Shown: one piece after another, positions 27,240 through 37,835 of the stretch
How the letters are laid out: every line of letters starts with the position of its first letter
How positions within the stretch are numbered: the first letter of the stretch is position 1
DNA from: Planctomycetota bacterium
GTDB taxonomy: Bacteria > Planctomycetota > UBA1135 > GCA-002686595
Length of the DNA stretch: 64,000 bases
Assembly: GCA_029259595.1 (NCBI GenBank)
Contig: JAJDEW010000017.1
Span: 1,073-65,072 of the forward strand
Direction: 5' to 3'
The notes under the pieces: model-generated
The model's database searches: none
The model's input: only the letters and a program-made list of their open reading frames with translations
Told to the model about the DNA's origin: nothing
Made by a program: the position numbers and the translations under genes

Positions 27240-27358
27240 GAGCTGACCCGGCTTCTCCAAGCGGGCTGCGGGGCCCTTGTGCGGTGAGCGGCCGGCTGGT
27301 CGCTCGCTAGGCGATCGGATAGCTTGGCGCGCCCCTGGGACCCGCGTCCTCCGAACCC

Positions 27359-27847
27359 GTGAAGATCGAAACGACAAACAAGCTGAGCGTGATCGGATGG
27401 CGCGAGTGGGTCGCGCTGCCCGACCTCTCCATTCCATCCGTCAAGGCCAAGGTCGACACGGGGGCGCGGACCTCTTCCTTGCACGCCTACGACATCGAAG
27501 AGTTTCGAATCGGCAAGCGCCGCATGGTCCGATTCGTCGTCCACCCCGAACAGCGCAGCTTGCGCGACACCATTCACACCGAAGCTCAGCTCAGCGACTA
27601 TCGCCACGTGAAGAATTCGGGAGGGCACGCCGAGCGCCGACCCGTCATCCTCTCGGAGATCGAGCTCCTGGGACAGCGCTGGGAGATCGAGCTGACCCTC
27701 ACTCGGCGCGACGTCATGGGCTTTCGGATGCTCCTCGGTCGTCAGGCCATCCGCAATCGATTCGTCGTCCATCCAGGTCGATCCTACTTCAACGGCAAGA
27801 GACTCGTGGGTAGCCGCAAGATCTCGAGGAAGAAGAAAACCCAGTGA
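27359..27847 (+). CDS. rimB: RimK-associated retropepsin-like aspartic protease (COG4067-type, 'ATP-dependent zinc protease' family).
   Basis: GTG start. Motif [12 protein letters not shown]. Immediately precedes rimK with a GTGA overlap. Confidence 0.65.
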   Translation: MKIETTNKLSVIGWREWVALPDLSIPSVKAKVDTGARTSSLHAYDIEEFRIGKRRMVRFVVHPEQRSLRDTIHTEAQLSDYRHVKNSGGHAERRPVILSEIELLGQRWEIELTLTRRDVMGFRMLLGRQAIRNRFVVHPGRSYFNGKRLVGSRKISRKKKTQ

Positions 27848-28746
27848 AGATCGCCATCCTCTCTCGACGCAGCAGCCTCTATTCGACGCGTCGTCTCAAG
27901 GAAGCGGCCGAAGACGCGGGACACCAGGCGATCGTCGTCGACTACCTCCGATGCTCGATGAACATCACGACGCATCGCCCGTCGATCCTGTATCAAGGCA
28001 AGCCGCTGGCCATGGACGCGGTCATTCCGCGTATCGGAGCGTCGAAGACCTTCTACGGGACGGCCGTCGTCCGGCAGTTGGAGATGATGGGTGTGTTTCC
28101 CTTGAACGAGTCGCAGGCGATCGCACGCTCGCGGGACAAGCTCCGGTGCCTTCAGCTCCTGTCTCGCCGCGGCATCGGGTTGCCGGTCACGGGCTACGTT
28201 CACTCGACAAAGGATGTCTCCGAAGTGATCGAGATGGTCGGCGGCGCCCCGCTCGTCGTCAAACTCCTGGAGGGAACCCAGGGCATCGGCGTCGTCCTGT
28301 GCGAGACGCACAAGGCGGCCGAATCCGTGATCGAGGCGTTCCGCGGCCTCGATGCGAACATCCTGGTCCAGGAGTTCATCAAGGAAGCCGGCGGAGCGGA
28401 CCTACGCGCCTTCATCGTGGGCGACAAGGTCGTCGCGGCGATGCGACGGCAAGGTGCTCCCGGCGAGTTCCGCTCGAACCTCCATCGCGGAGGCAGTGCC
28501 GAGAAGATCAAGTTGACCCCCGAAGAGCGCAGTACCGCGGTGCGCTCGGCCAAGGCCATGGGGCTGCGGGTCTGCGGCGTCGACATGCTGCGCTCGAATC
28601 ACGGACCGGTCGTGATGGAGGTGAACTCCTCGCCGGGTCTGGAAGGAATCGAAGAGGCGACGGACATCGATGTCGCGGGTCGCATCATCAAGTACATCGA
28701 AGACAATGCCTCACCGAACAAGACCCGCGACCGCATCAAGGGCTAA
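27844..28746 (+). CDS. rimK: Ribosomal protein S6--L-glutamate ligase (ATP-grasp).
   Basis: Collinear with E. coli RimK (MKIAILSR...DAVIPRIG...[20 protein letters not shown]...[20 protein letters not shown]...[10 protein letters not shown]...[17 protein letters not shown]). The GTG start overlaps the upstream stop. Confidence 0.9.
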   Translation: MKIAILSRRSSLYSTRRLKEAAEDAGHQAIVVDYLRCSMNITTHRPSILYQGKPLAMDAVIPRIGASKTFYGTAVVRQLEMMGVFPLNESQAIARSRDKLRCLQLLSRRGIGLPVTGYVHSTKDVSEVIEMVGGAPLVVKLLEGTQGIGVVLCETHKAAESVIEAFRGLDANILVQEFIKEAGGADLRAFIVGDKVVAAMRRQGAPGEFRSNLHRGGSAEKIKLTPEERSTAVRSAKAMGLRVCGVDMLRSNHGPVVMEVNSSPGLEGIEEATDIDVAGRIIKYIEDNASPNKTRDRIKG

Positions 28747-28774
28747 GGGCGCTCCGTTCGAGATTGCGGGGCAG

Positions 28775-29704
28775 ATGGTCGCCCCCGGCGAACGCCAGCG
28801 CTTCGACCTGCCGGCGGCCTTGCTGCCGACCCACACGCAACTCAACCTGCCGTTGACCGTCGTGAACGGCCTGCGGCCCGGCCCTCGGGTCTGGCTCAGT
28901 GCGGCCGTCCACGGGGACGAGCTCAACGGCGTCGAGATCATTCGGCGCGTGCTGGCCGAGATCGACGTCCCTTTGCGGCGCGGCGTCGTGATCGCCGTGC
29001 CGGTCGTCAACGTCTTCGGCTTCATCCAGCAGTCGCGCTACCTGCCGGATCGCCGCGATCTCAACCGCTCGTTCCCCGGCTCGAAGCGCGGCTCGTTGGC
29101 CGGACGCATCGCCCACCTCTTCATGAAAGAGATCGTCGAGCGCTGCACGCACGGCATCGACCTGCACACCGCCTCCAGCGAGAAGAGCAACCTCCCCCAG
29201 ATCCGGGCGAACCTGCGCGACCCGGAAACGTACCGCGCCGCCATGGCCTTCGATGCCCCGGCCATGGTCCAGTCGGGAGCCCGCAAGGGGTCCTTGCGGG
29301 AGGCGGCGGCGAGTCGGGGAATCGTCGGCTTGGTCTACGAGGCCGGCGAGTCCAGACGCTTCAACAAGAAGGCGATCCAGTTCGGTGTGCGCGGCGTGCT
29401 CGGCGTCCTTCAAGAACTGGACATGATCGCCGGCAAGTACAAGACCAAGCGTCGCCGCTGCATCTTCGTTCACGAGAGCAACTGGATCCGCGCCAAGAGC
29501 GGCGGCCTCCTGCGCCTCGACGTCGACGAGGGAGACCTCGTGAAGCAAGGCCAGACGATCGGCTGGATCGGAGACCCGTTCGGAGAGTCTTCCTCCGCCG
29601 TCAAATCCCCGCACGCGGGCCTCGTCCTGGGACTCACCCAGGACCCGGTCGTTCACGGCGGGGACGCGGTCGTGCACATCGGTCGCGTCGAGCAAGAAGC
29701 CTGA
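28775..29704 (+). CDS. rimA: Succinylglutamate desuccinylase/aspartoacylase (AstE/AspA) family zinc hydrolase, RimK-associated.
   Basis: HGDELNG zinc motif and NRSFPG. ORF track gives 28670..29704; the first start that does not overlap rimK is ATG 28775 (MVAPGERQRF). Confidence 0.7.
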   Translation: MVAPGERQRFDLPAALLPTHTQLNLPLTVVNGLRPGPRVWLSAAVHGDELNGVEIIRRVLAEIDVPLRRGVVIAVPVVNVFGFIQQSRYLPDRRDLNRSFPGSKRGSLAGRIAHLFMKEIVERCTHGIDLHTASSEKSNLPQIRANLRDPETYRAAMAFDAPAMVQSGARKGSLREAAASRGIVGLVYEAGESRRFNKKAIQFGVRGVLGVLQELDMIAGKYKTKRRRCIFVHESNWIRAKSGGLLRLDVDEGDLVKQGQTIGWIGDPFGESSSAVKSPHAGLVLGLTQDPVVHGGDAVVHIGRVEQEA

Positions 29705-30044
29705 CGCGGACTCGGTAGAGAAGCGGGCCACAGGCGAACCCGTGACCCGCTCCTTCTCCGCACCGACGAGCGGCCTGGGATCCGCGATCGACGGTGGAAG
29801 ACTCGGGCAGGGCGACGCCCCGCGAAGACGCCACGACCGGACAGCCCGGTCCGAACGCCTCGTGGCGAGGCAGAGCCCGCGCTCGTCGATGAGCAGGCTC
29901 GACTGGCTGATGCCGGTTGCTAGACGAGCGTCCCGACGACGTAACACGTCCCGCGCTCGTCGTTCGACATCGATCGGTGGACGCTGCGCGAAGGCGCGCA
30001 GCCGGTCGCTCGACGGCGACCCGTCCCCAGCGCGGCCGGGCGGC

Positions 30045-31016
30045 TCAGTCGCGCAGCCAGCGAGCAGCCTGGCGCGCGTAGTAGGTCAGGACGAGGTCCG
30101 CACCGGCACGACGGATCGCGAGCAGGCTCTCGAGCACGGCTGCGCGCTCGTCGAGCCAACCCCGCTCGGCCGCAGCGCGCAGCATCGCGTATTCACCGGA
30201 GACCTGGTAGGCGGCCACCGGCAAGGTCGTGGCCGCGCGCACGGCACGCACGACGTCCAGGTACGGACCGGCCGGCTTCACCATCACCATGTCCGCGCCC
30301 TCCTCCTCGTCGAGGCGCACCTCGCGCAGAGCCTCGCGGACGTTGGCCGGGTCCATCTGGTACGTACGCTTGTCTCCGGAACGCGGCGCAGAGTCGAGCG
30401 CGTCCCGGAACGGGCCGTAGAAGGCGGAGGCGTACTTTGCGGTGTAGGCGAGGATGGCGACCTCTTCGAAGCCGCCCTGGTCGAGGGCGTCACGAATGGC
30501 CCCCACGCGTCCGTCCATCATGTCGCTCGGCGCGATGATGTCGGCGCCGGCCGCCGCCTGAACGAGCGCTTGTCTGCAGAGCACGCGGACCGTTTCGTCG
30601 TTCAGGACACGACCGTCGGGCGCCACCAGTCCATCGTGACCGTCGGAGGAGTAGGGGTCGAGCGCGACGTCGGTGACGACGGTCAATTCGGGGAAGCGGG
30701 CCTTCAACGCGCGCACGCTGCGCGGCACGAGCCCGTCTTCGTTCCAGGCTTCGTTACCCGTCGGCGTCTTCTTCGCCTCGTCGACCGCCGGAAAGAGCAC
30801 CAGGCCCCGAACACCGTCCTCGAGCGCACCTTCGGCCTCGCGCAGGAGACCGTCCGGGCCGAGGCGTGCCTGGCCCGACATCGAAGCGATCGGCGTGGTC
30901 GCGTCGGCTTCGTGGAGAAAGACCGGCGCCAGGAAGCGCTCGGGCGCGAGGTTCGACTCGGAAGCGATCGCGCGCAGGAACCCGTTGCGGCGGTTGCGGC
31001 GGGGACGTTGTCTCAT
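30045..31016 (-). CDS. hemB: Porphobilinogen synthase (delta-aminolevulinic acid dehydratase).
   Basis: MRQRPRRNRRNGFLRAIASE...; active-site region TDVALDPYSSDGHDG; MVKPAGPYLD; AYQVSGEYAML. Confidence 0.9.
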   Translation of the reverse strand: MRQRPRRNRRNGFLRAIASESNLAPERFLAPVFLHEADATTPIASMSGQARLGPDGLLREAEGALEDGVRGLVLFPAVDEAKKTPTGNEAWNEDGLVPRSVRALKARFPELTVVTDVALDPYSSDGHDGLVAPDGRVLNDETVRVLCRQALVQAAAGADIIAPSDMMDGRVGAIRDALDQGGFEEVAILAYTAKYASAFYGPFRDALDSAPRSGDKRTYQMDPANVREALREVRLDEEEGADMVMVKPAGPYLDVVRAVRAATTLPVAAYQVSGEYAMLRAAAERGWLDERAAVLESLLAIRRAGADLVLTYYARQAARWLRD

Positions 31017-31160
31017 CGCGGGTCAACCTAGCGGGAGCGCGTCACGGGTGCCAGGAGTCGGGAGAATCCGGGCGCGCGATCCCCTCGCCCGCAAGCTCCT
31101 TCGATGGCTTCCGGGGAGCTTCCGTACGGCGCGCTCCCCGGAAAGAGGCTCTCGAAGGAA

Positions 31161-32846
31161 CTACTCCGGCGCCTCGGGCCCGGCTTCGGACGCCTCGGGA
31201 GTGCCTTCCTCGACCGGCTCCGGTGCACCCTTCGCGGCCGAGACCTTCGGCTTGCCCTTGGGGCGGATCTCCTTCTTGGGTTCATCCGCGTCGAGGATCT
31301 TGCCGAAGTAGTCCGGCATCTCGATCCCGCCGACGTCGCGCATGATCTTGAGCATCGGCGGGAGCGTGCCGGCCATGCTGCGCAGGAAACCGGCCGTGGC
31401 CCCGCCTTCGCCGCCCTCTCCCTTCGCGCCACCGTCCCAGACGATGACCTTGTCGAACTTGATGTTGGAGATCGCCTTCGCCGCCGTCTCGGACAGGTGA
31501 TCGAGGTGCTCGAGCATCAGCATCTGGAAGGCGGACTGTGAGCCGCCGCAGCTGTCGACGATCTGCTTCAGACCGGCGGCCTTCTTGGCCAACATCTCGT
31601 ACTGACCACGGGCCTCCGCCTCGAGCTTGGCATAGATCGCCGAGGCCTCACCCTCCGCATGGATCCGCTTCTGCTGGGCTTCCGCTTCGGCGTCGACGAT
31701 CGTCTTGGCCTTTTCGGCGCGGGACACGGACTCGAGCTGAGCACGCTTCTCGGCCTCGATCTTCTTCGCCATGGCCTCGGCGGCCTTGGCCTGGGCGAGG
31801 TACTGCGCCTCCTGGACGGCTGCTTCCGCCTCGCGGTGACGCGTCTCCGAGCGCTGGTAGGCCTCGGCCTCCTGCATGCGCAGTTCGGCGTTGGTGAGCG
31901 CGATCTGCGCCTTGGCTTCGTTCTCGCCCTTCACGGCGCCGGCGTTGGCGCTCGCGACGCGAATCCGCATCTGTTGCTCCTGCTCACGGACCGACGACTC
32001 CTGGGCGAAGACGGCGGTTTGCTCACCGACGATGCGCTCCTTCTCGAGTTCGGCCAAACGAACGGCGCGCTCTCGCTCCGCCTCCTTCGTACCGATGTCC
32101 CGGACCTTCTCGGCGTTCGCGACCGAGATCGACTTCTCCCGATCGGCTTCCGCCACACCGATGGCGCCCTTGCGGTCCTGGTCGGCGACGTCGATCTCCG
32201 CTTGCTTGATCGCGGTCGCGGCCGCTTTGCGGCCAATCGCCTCGATGTAGCCGGACTCGTCGGTGATGTCCTTGATGTTGACGTTGATCAGGACCAAACC
32301 GATCTTCTTCAGCTCGGGCTCCAGCGAGGATTGAATGCTGCTGAGGAAGACGTCGCGGTCGCGGTTGATCTCTTCGATCCGCATCGACGCGATCACCTGG
32401 CGCAGCTGGCCGAAGATGATGTCTTCCGCCTGCTTCATGATCTCCGCGTTGGTGAGGCCGAGCAAGCGGATCGCCGCGTTGTACATCGTCTCCTGATCGG
32501 TACCGACCGCGACCGTGAAGACACTGGGCACCGAGACCCGGATGTTCTCGATCGACAACGCGCCCTCGAGCGGGATCTCGATCTGCATCGGATCCAGCGA
32601 GAGATACTCGTAGTCCTGGATCAGCGGAATGATGAAGGCGCCGCCGCCGTGCTTCGTCCGCGAGACCTGACCGGCCGAGGTCTTGCCGTAGATGACCAGG
32701 ATCCGGTTGCTGGGGCAGCGCTTGTAGCGCCGCGAGATCGCGACGACGAGCACGAAGAAGACCAGACCGAAAGCGAGCGCGGTCAGGGCCCAGGCCAGGG
32801 GGCCGCCCATCAGTGTTTCTTGTACGAGAGCCAAAGGCATCTGCAT
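31161..32846 (-). CDS. floT: Flotillin (SPFH/band 7 domain; FloT/YqiK-like).
   Basis: N-terminal TM segment followed by an SPFH domain and a long Ala/Glu-rich coiled coil (EAEAAVQEAQYLAQAKAAEAMAKKIEAEKRAQLES). Likely start is ATG ~32840-32846 (MQMPLALVQ), which has a GGAGA ribosome-binding site upstream. Confidence 0.8.
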   Translation of the reverse strand: MQMPLALVQETLMGGPLAWALTALAFGLVFFVLVVAISRRYKRCPSNRILVIYGKTSAGQVSRTKHGGGAFIIPLIQDYEYLSLDPMQIEIPLEGALSIENIRVSVPSVFTVAVGTDQETMYNAAIRLLGLTNAEIMKQAEDIIFGQLRQVIASMRIEEINRDRDVFLSSIQSSLEPELKKIGLVLINVNIKDITDESGYIEAIGRKAAATAIKQAEIDVADQDRKGAIGVAEADREKSISVANAEKVRDIGTKEAERERAVRLAELEKERIVGEQTAVFAQESSVREQEQQMRIRVASANAGAVKGENEAKAQIALTNAELRMQEAEAYQRSETRHREAEAAVQEAQYLAQAKAAEAMAKKIEAEKRAQLESVSRAEKAKTIVDAEAEAQQKRIHAEGEASAIYAKLEAEARGQYEMLAKKAAGLKQIVDSCGGSQSAFQMLMLEHLDHLSETAAKAISNIKFDKVIVWDGGAKGEGGEGGATAGFLRSMAGTLPPMLKIMRDVGGIEMPDYFGKILDADEPKKEIRPKGKPKVSAAKGAPEPVEEGTPEASEAGPEAPE

Positions 32847-32851
32847 TCTCC

Positions 32852-33463
32852 TCAGTCCAACGGTTCCACTTCGAACGTACCTTCGGTCGTCATGCGGACC
32901 ACGCGACACTCACTGCCCGAAGGAAGCTCCGGTCCGGAGGTCATCGCGTCGAATTCCGCGCTACGCCCCTCGATCGAGACGGTGATCTTGCCCTTGCCCT
33001 TCTTCTCGCCGGGAATGCGCAGATAGACGCGCGCCGAGCGGCCCACGGCGAGGCTCGCGTCGAGGTTGCCTTCGGACCCCATGCGTTGGAAGAAGCGCAT
33101 GATCCAGGCGACCATGAACATGACGCCTCCACCGGAGCCGAGCGCCGCCAGGGACGACCGACCGACACCCCAACCCGAGGCCATCCCACCCCAACCGACG
33201 AGACCGAAGAACGTCAGGAAGCTCGCGAGCGCTCGGATCGAAAGGAAGTTGAGCGAATCGGCGCCGTCCAGGTCGTCGACGTCGGTATCGGGATCCACGT
33301 CGGTCCCGTCCCCGAGGCCGAACAGGTTCAAACCCGCCTGGCTCAAGAGAACCGTGCCGCCCGCGGCCGCGCAGGCGATGTAGACCTTGACGATGGTCCA
33401 CTCGGTCAAGTTGTCCTTGGCCCAGCCGACGACCGATTCCCAGATACCTTCCATACCCGACAC
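32852..33463 (-). CDS. NfeD-family membrane protein (flotillin-associated, OB-fold C-terminus).
   Basis: Two or three TM helices and a C-terminal beta-rich domain (GRSARVYLRIPGEKKGKGKITVSIEGRSAEFDAMT). Directly upstream of flotillin in the same orientation, the known NfeD-flotillin pairing. Confidence 0.65.
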   Translation of the reverse strand: MSGMEGIWESVVGWAKDNLTEWTIVKVYIACAAAGGTVLLSQAGLNLFGLGDGTDVDPDTDVDDLDGADSLNFLSIRALASFLTFFGLVGWGGMASGWGVGRSSLAALGSGGGVMFMVAWIMRFFQRMGSEGNLDASLAVGRSARVYLRIPGEKKGKGKITVSIEGRSAEFDAMTSGPELPSGSECRVVRMTTEGTFEVEPLD

Positions 33464-33664
33464 TCCGGGGCCGACGAACCAGCGCCGACCGGGTGGACAC
33501 GAACCCCGAACTCCCGCCCCGGGGTGGCGACCCGAGCTGCGCGAGACTTCAGCGGGCGGCGGGCTACCCGGACGGGCAGCAAGGATTCAGCGCGCGAGCG
33601 AGAAAGACTCGCCGGTGCGCCCCCTATACTGAACGGCCGCTGACCGCCGCAGGCGGGATTATCC

Positions 33665-34351
33665 ATGGCCTTCCTCGACGAAACCACCGCTCTCGGCGAG
33701 ATCTTCGGGGAGTTCGGGTACCTGGCGCCGTTCGTCGTCCTCTTGCTCTGTGGTGTCGGCCTCCCCTTGCCCGAAGAGGTCTCGCTGATCGGCGCCGGCA
33801 TCCTGGTCTATCGTGGCGAGGTCGAATTCCTCCCCATCGTCGCGGTGTGCTCGGCGGCAATTCTGATCGGGGACTCGATCCCCTATTGGCTCGGTCGTCG
33901 CTACGGCATGAGCGCACTGCAGATCCCCTGGGTCGCGAAGATCATCCATCCCGAGCGCTTCAGCCGCTTCCAAGCGCGCTTCGAAGAGCACGGCAATTGG
34001 GCCATCTTCGCCTGCCGCTTCGTCGCCGGAATCCGGCTTCCCGGCTATTTCCTGGCCGGCGCGATGCGGATGACCTATCCGCGCTTCTTGCTCCTGGACT
34101 CGCTGGGCGTCCTGATCTCGGTCCCGGTCTCGATCTACCTCGGACGGCTCTTCGGGGGCGAGGTCGACAAGCTCAAGGACAAGGTCCACGACATCCATTT
34201 GATCCTGGCCTTCCTGGTCATCGCGATGGCCCTGATCCTCCTGGTCCGCAGTCGGCGCCGGCCCAAGACGGCGGCCGCGGACAAGGCCCCCCCCGCCCCT
34301 CCCCCGGTCCCGGGGGAAGATCCCGCCCGGGGAAGCGACACGGATGGTTGA
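33665..34351 (+). CDS. DedA-family (VTT/SNARE-associated domain) membrane protein.
   Basis: DedA core motifs (LPLPEEVSLIGAGIL, IPYWLGRRYG, FACRFVAGIRLPGYFLAGAMRMTYPRFLLLD). Confidence 0.8.
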   Translation: MAFLDETTALGEIFGEFGYLAPFVVLLLCGVGLPLPEEVSLIGAGILVYRGEVEFLPIVAVCSAAILIGDSIPYWLGRRYGMSALQIPWVAKIIHPERFSRFQARFEEHGNWAIFACRFVAGIRLPGYFLAGAMRMTYPRFLLLDSLGVLISVPVSIYLGRLFGGEVDKLKDKVHDIHLILAFLVIAMALILLVRSRRRPKTAAADKAPPAPPPVPGEDPARGSDTDG

Positions 34352-34419
34352 CCGGCCCCGCTTCGAAGCTATCCTTTCTGCCCCAACCCCTGGGGAACAA
34401 GGAGCTTAGGCTTCGCTAG

Positions 34420-34442
34420 TTCCGGAGCGAGGGGCTCCGGAA
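34420..34442 (+). terminator. Possible intrinsic-terminator-like hairpin after dedA. It has no U-tract.
   Basis: TTCCGGAGC-GAGGG-GCTCCGGAA is a perfect 9-bp stem with a 5-nt loop, 70 bp after the dedA stop. Confidence 0.3.
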
Positions 34443-34563
34443 GCGAGCTCCACGGTCACCGCTCGACCTCCCTTTCTCTCTCGGGAGTGTTTCCCCGGGG
34501 TCGTGTCGTCCCACGTTCGACCTCACGCCTTCCCTAGATTCACGATCTCGACCCGAGGACCCG

Positions 34564-36609
<2,046 letters not shown>

Positions 36610-36617
36610 GCCCAACC

Positions 36618-36658
36618 CGAGCCACGATCCGGCGGTACCGCATTCGCCGGATCGTGGC
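36618..36658 (+). terminator. Strong stem-loop immediately after hppA; candidate terminator. No U-tract, which is common in high-GC genomes.
   Basis: AGCCACGATCCGGCG-(GTACCGCATT)-CGCCGGATCGTGGCT is a perfect 15-bp inverted repeat starting 9 nt after the hppA stop. Confidence 0.45.
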
Positions 36659-36724
36659 TACGATGGGTCGAACACCGGGACCCGCTGTCCCCTCTCGATT
36701 CCATCCGCACCGGAGAATCCGCCC

Positions 36725-37096
36725 ATAGAAGCGAAGACCCTCGCGCTCACGGCCGCCCGCCTGGCCGACGAGAAGAAGGCTGCCCGGATCGAGATCATCG
36801 ACGTCGGAGACCGGATCAAGGTCGCCGATTACTTCGTGGTGATCGTCGGTCAGAACCGCACGCACGTGCGCGCGCTCTACAACGAGCTCCATGTGCGGCT
36901 CAAGGCGCTTGACGAATTCCACCAGCCGGTCGAAGGCGCGGACCTCGGTTGGTGGATCGTGGCCGACTACGGCGATGTCGTGCTGCACATCATGCAGGAC
37001 GAGGCGAGCGAGTATTACGACCTCGAGCACCTCTACGGCGACTGTCCACGCATCGCCTGGCAGGAGGCGGAAGCCTCCGACGCCGCCCAGGCCTGA
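36725..37096 (+). CDS. rsfS: Ribosomal silencing factor RsfS (Iojap family).
   Basis: The conserved core is DYFVVIVGQNRTHVRALYNELHVRLK...WWIVADYGDVVLHIMQDEASEYYDLEHLYGDCP. The frame is open back into hppA with no ATG/GTG/TTG. Homology and a GGAGA box 7 nt upstream point to an ATA codon at 36725 as the start (...EAKTLALTAARLADEKKAARIEIIDV). The ORF track only calls 36836..37096. Confidence 0.65.
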   Translation: MEAKTLALTAARLADEKKAARIEIIDVGDRIKVADYFVVIVGQNRTHVRALYNELHVRLKALDEFHQPVEGADLGWWIVADYGDVVLHIMQDEASEYYDLEHLYGDCPRIAWQEAEASDAAQA

Positions 37097-37101
37097 CCGG
37101 C

Positions 37102-37674
37102 TCAGGAGGCGCGGCGTTTGGCGTCCGCCTGCAGGATCGGGTCGAAGTCCGGCCGTGTGAGCCAGCGGCGCCCCGACAGGTCCACCGCGCAGCCCACCGT
37201 CTCGAGGCGGCTCGCCAGCGCACGCCGATCCTCGGGCGTCCCGGCAAAGCGGATCACGTGACGACCGGCGATGTCGGAGAACGGCCGAATCCGACCGAGC
37301 TGCACGAGGATCGTGCGGTCCGGGTGGGTCGCAAAGGCCATCCCTGCTTCGAACAGCACGTTGGCTCGGGCCTGCGGTCGGAGCTCGCGCTCGGCCGGGC
37401 CGTCCGCGGGCACGGCATGACACGCGCGCAAACGTGCCTCGTCGTCGCCCGTCAGGAGCACGACCACGGCCTGAACCTGAGCGAAGGCGTGCTCGAGCAC
37501 GTCGCCGATGTGCGGCGCACCGGTTCCCGCCTCGCGCACGGCCTCCTCCCATTCGAGCGGCTGGAGGCCGATCGCGCGCAGAAACTCGACCAGTGCATCG
37601 TGAGCGGCCACGTCTCGGCCGTGCACGACGAAAATCCGACGCGGATCCGCACTTTGCTTCGTCGGTTGTGTCAT
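37102..37674 (-). CDS. Stand-alone TIR-like domain protein (PF10137-type 'predicted nucleotide-binding protein containing TIR-like domain').
   Basis: Family hallmarks from memory: RIFVVHGRD near the N-terminus, VVLLTGDDEA, and RPQARANVLFEAGMAF. Likely start is the internal ATG (MTQPTKQSADPRRIFVVHGRD). Monocistronic, between rsfS and a divergent glycosyltransferase. Confidence 0.5.
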   Translation of the reverse strand: MTQPTKQSADPRRIFVVHGRDVAAHDALVEFLRAIGLQPLEWEEAVREAGTGAPHIGDVLEHAFAQVQAVVVLLTGDDEARLRACHAVPADGPAERELRPQARANVLFEAGMAFATHPDRTILVQLGRIRPFSDIAGRHVIRFAGTPEDRRALASRLETVGCAVDLSGRRWLTRPDFDPILQADAKRRAS

Positions 37675-37835
37675 CGCTGTACCTCCCGTGCAGCGGTCGA
37701 ACGAGAATCCCCGGAAAGCCTTTCCCTCCAACTCGCCGGAGACCGATCCTTGCCCTTGGTATCTCCGTGTCCGAAAGACCTTCCTCCTTTCCGCTGGAAC
37801 CGCGATCCTCCTTAGCCCATCGCACAGACGATTCC

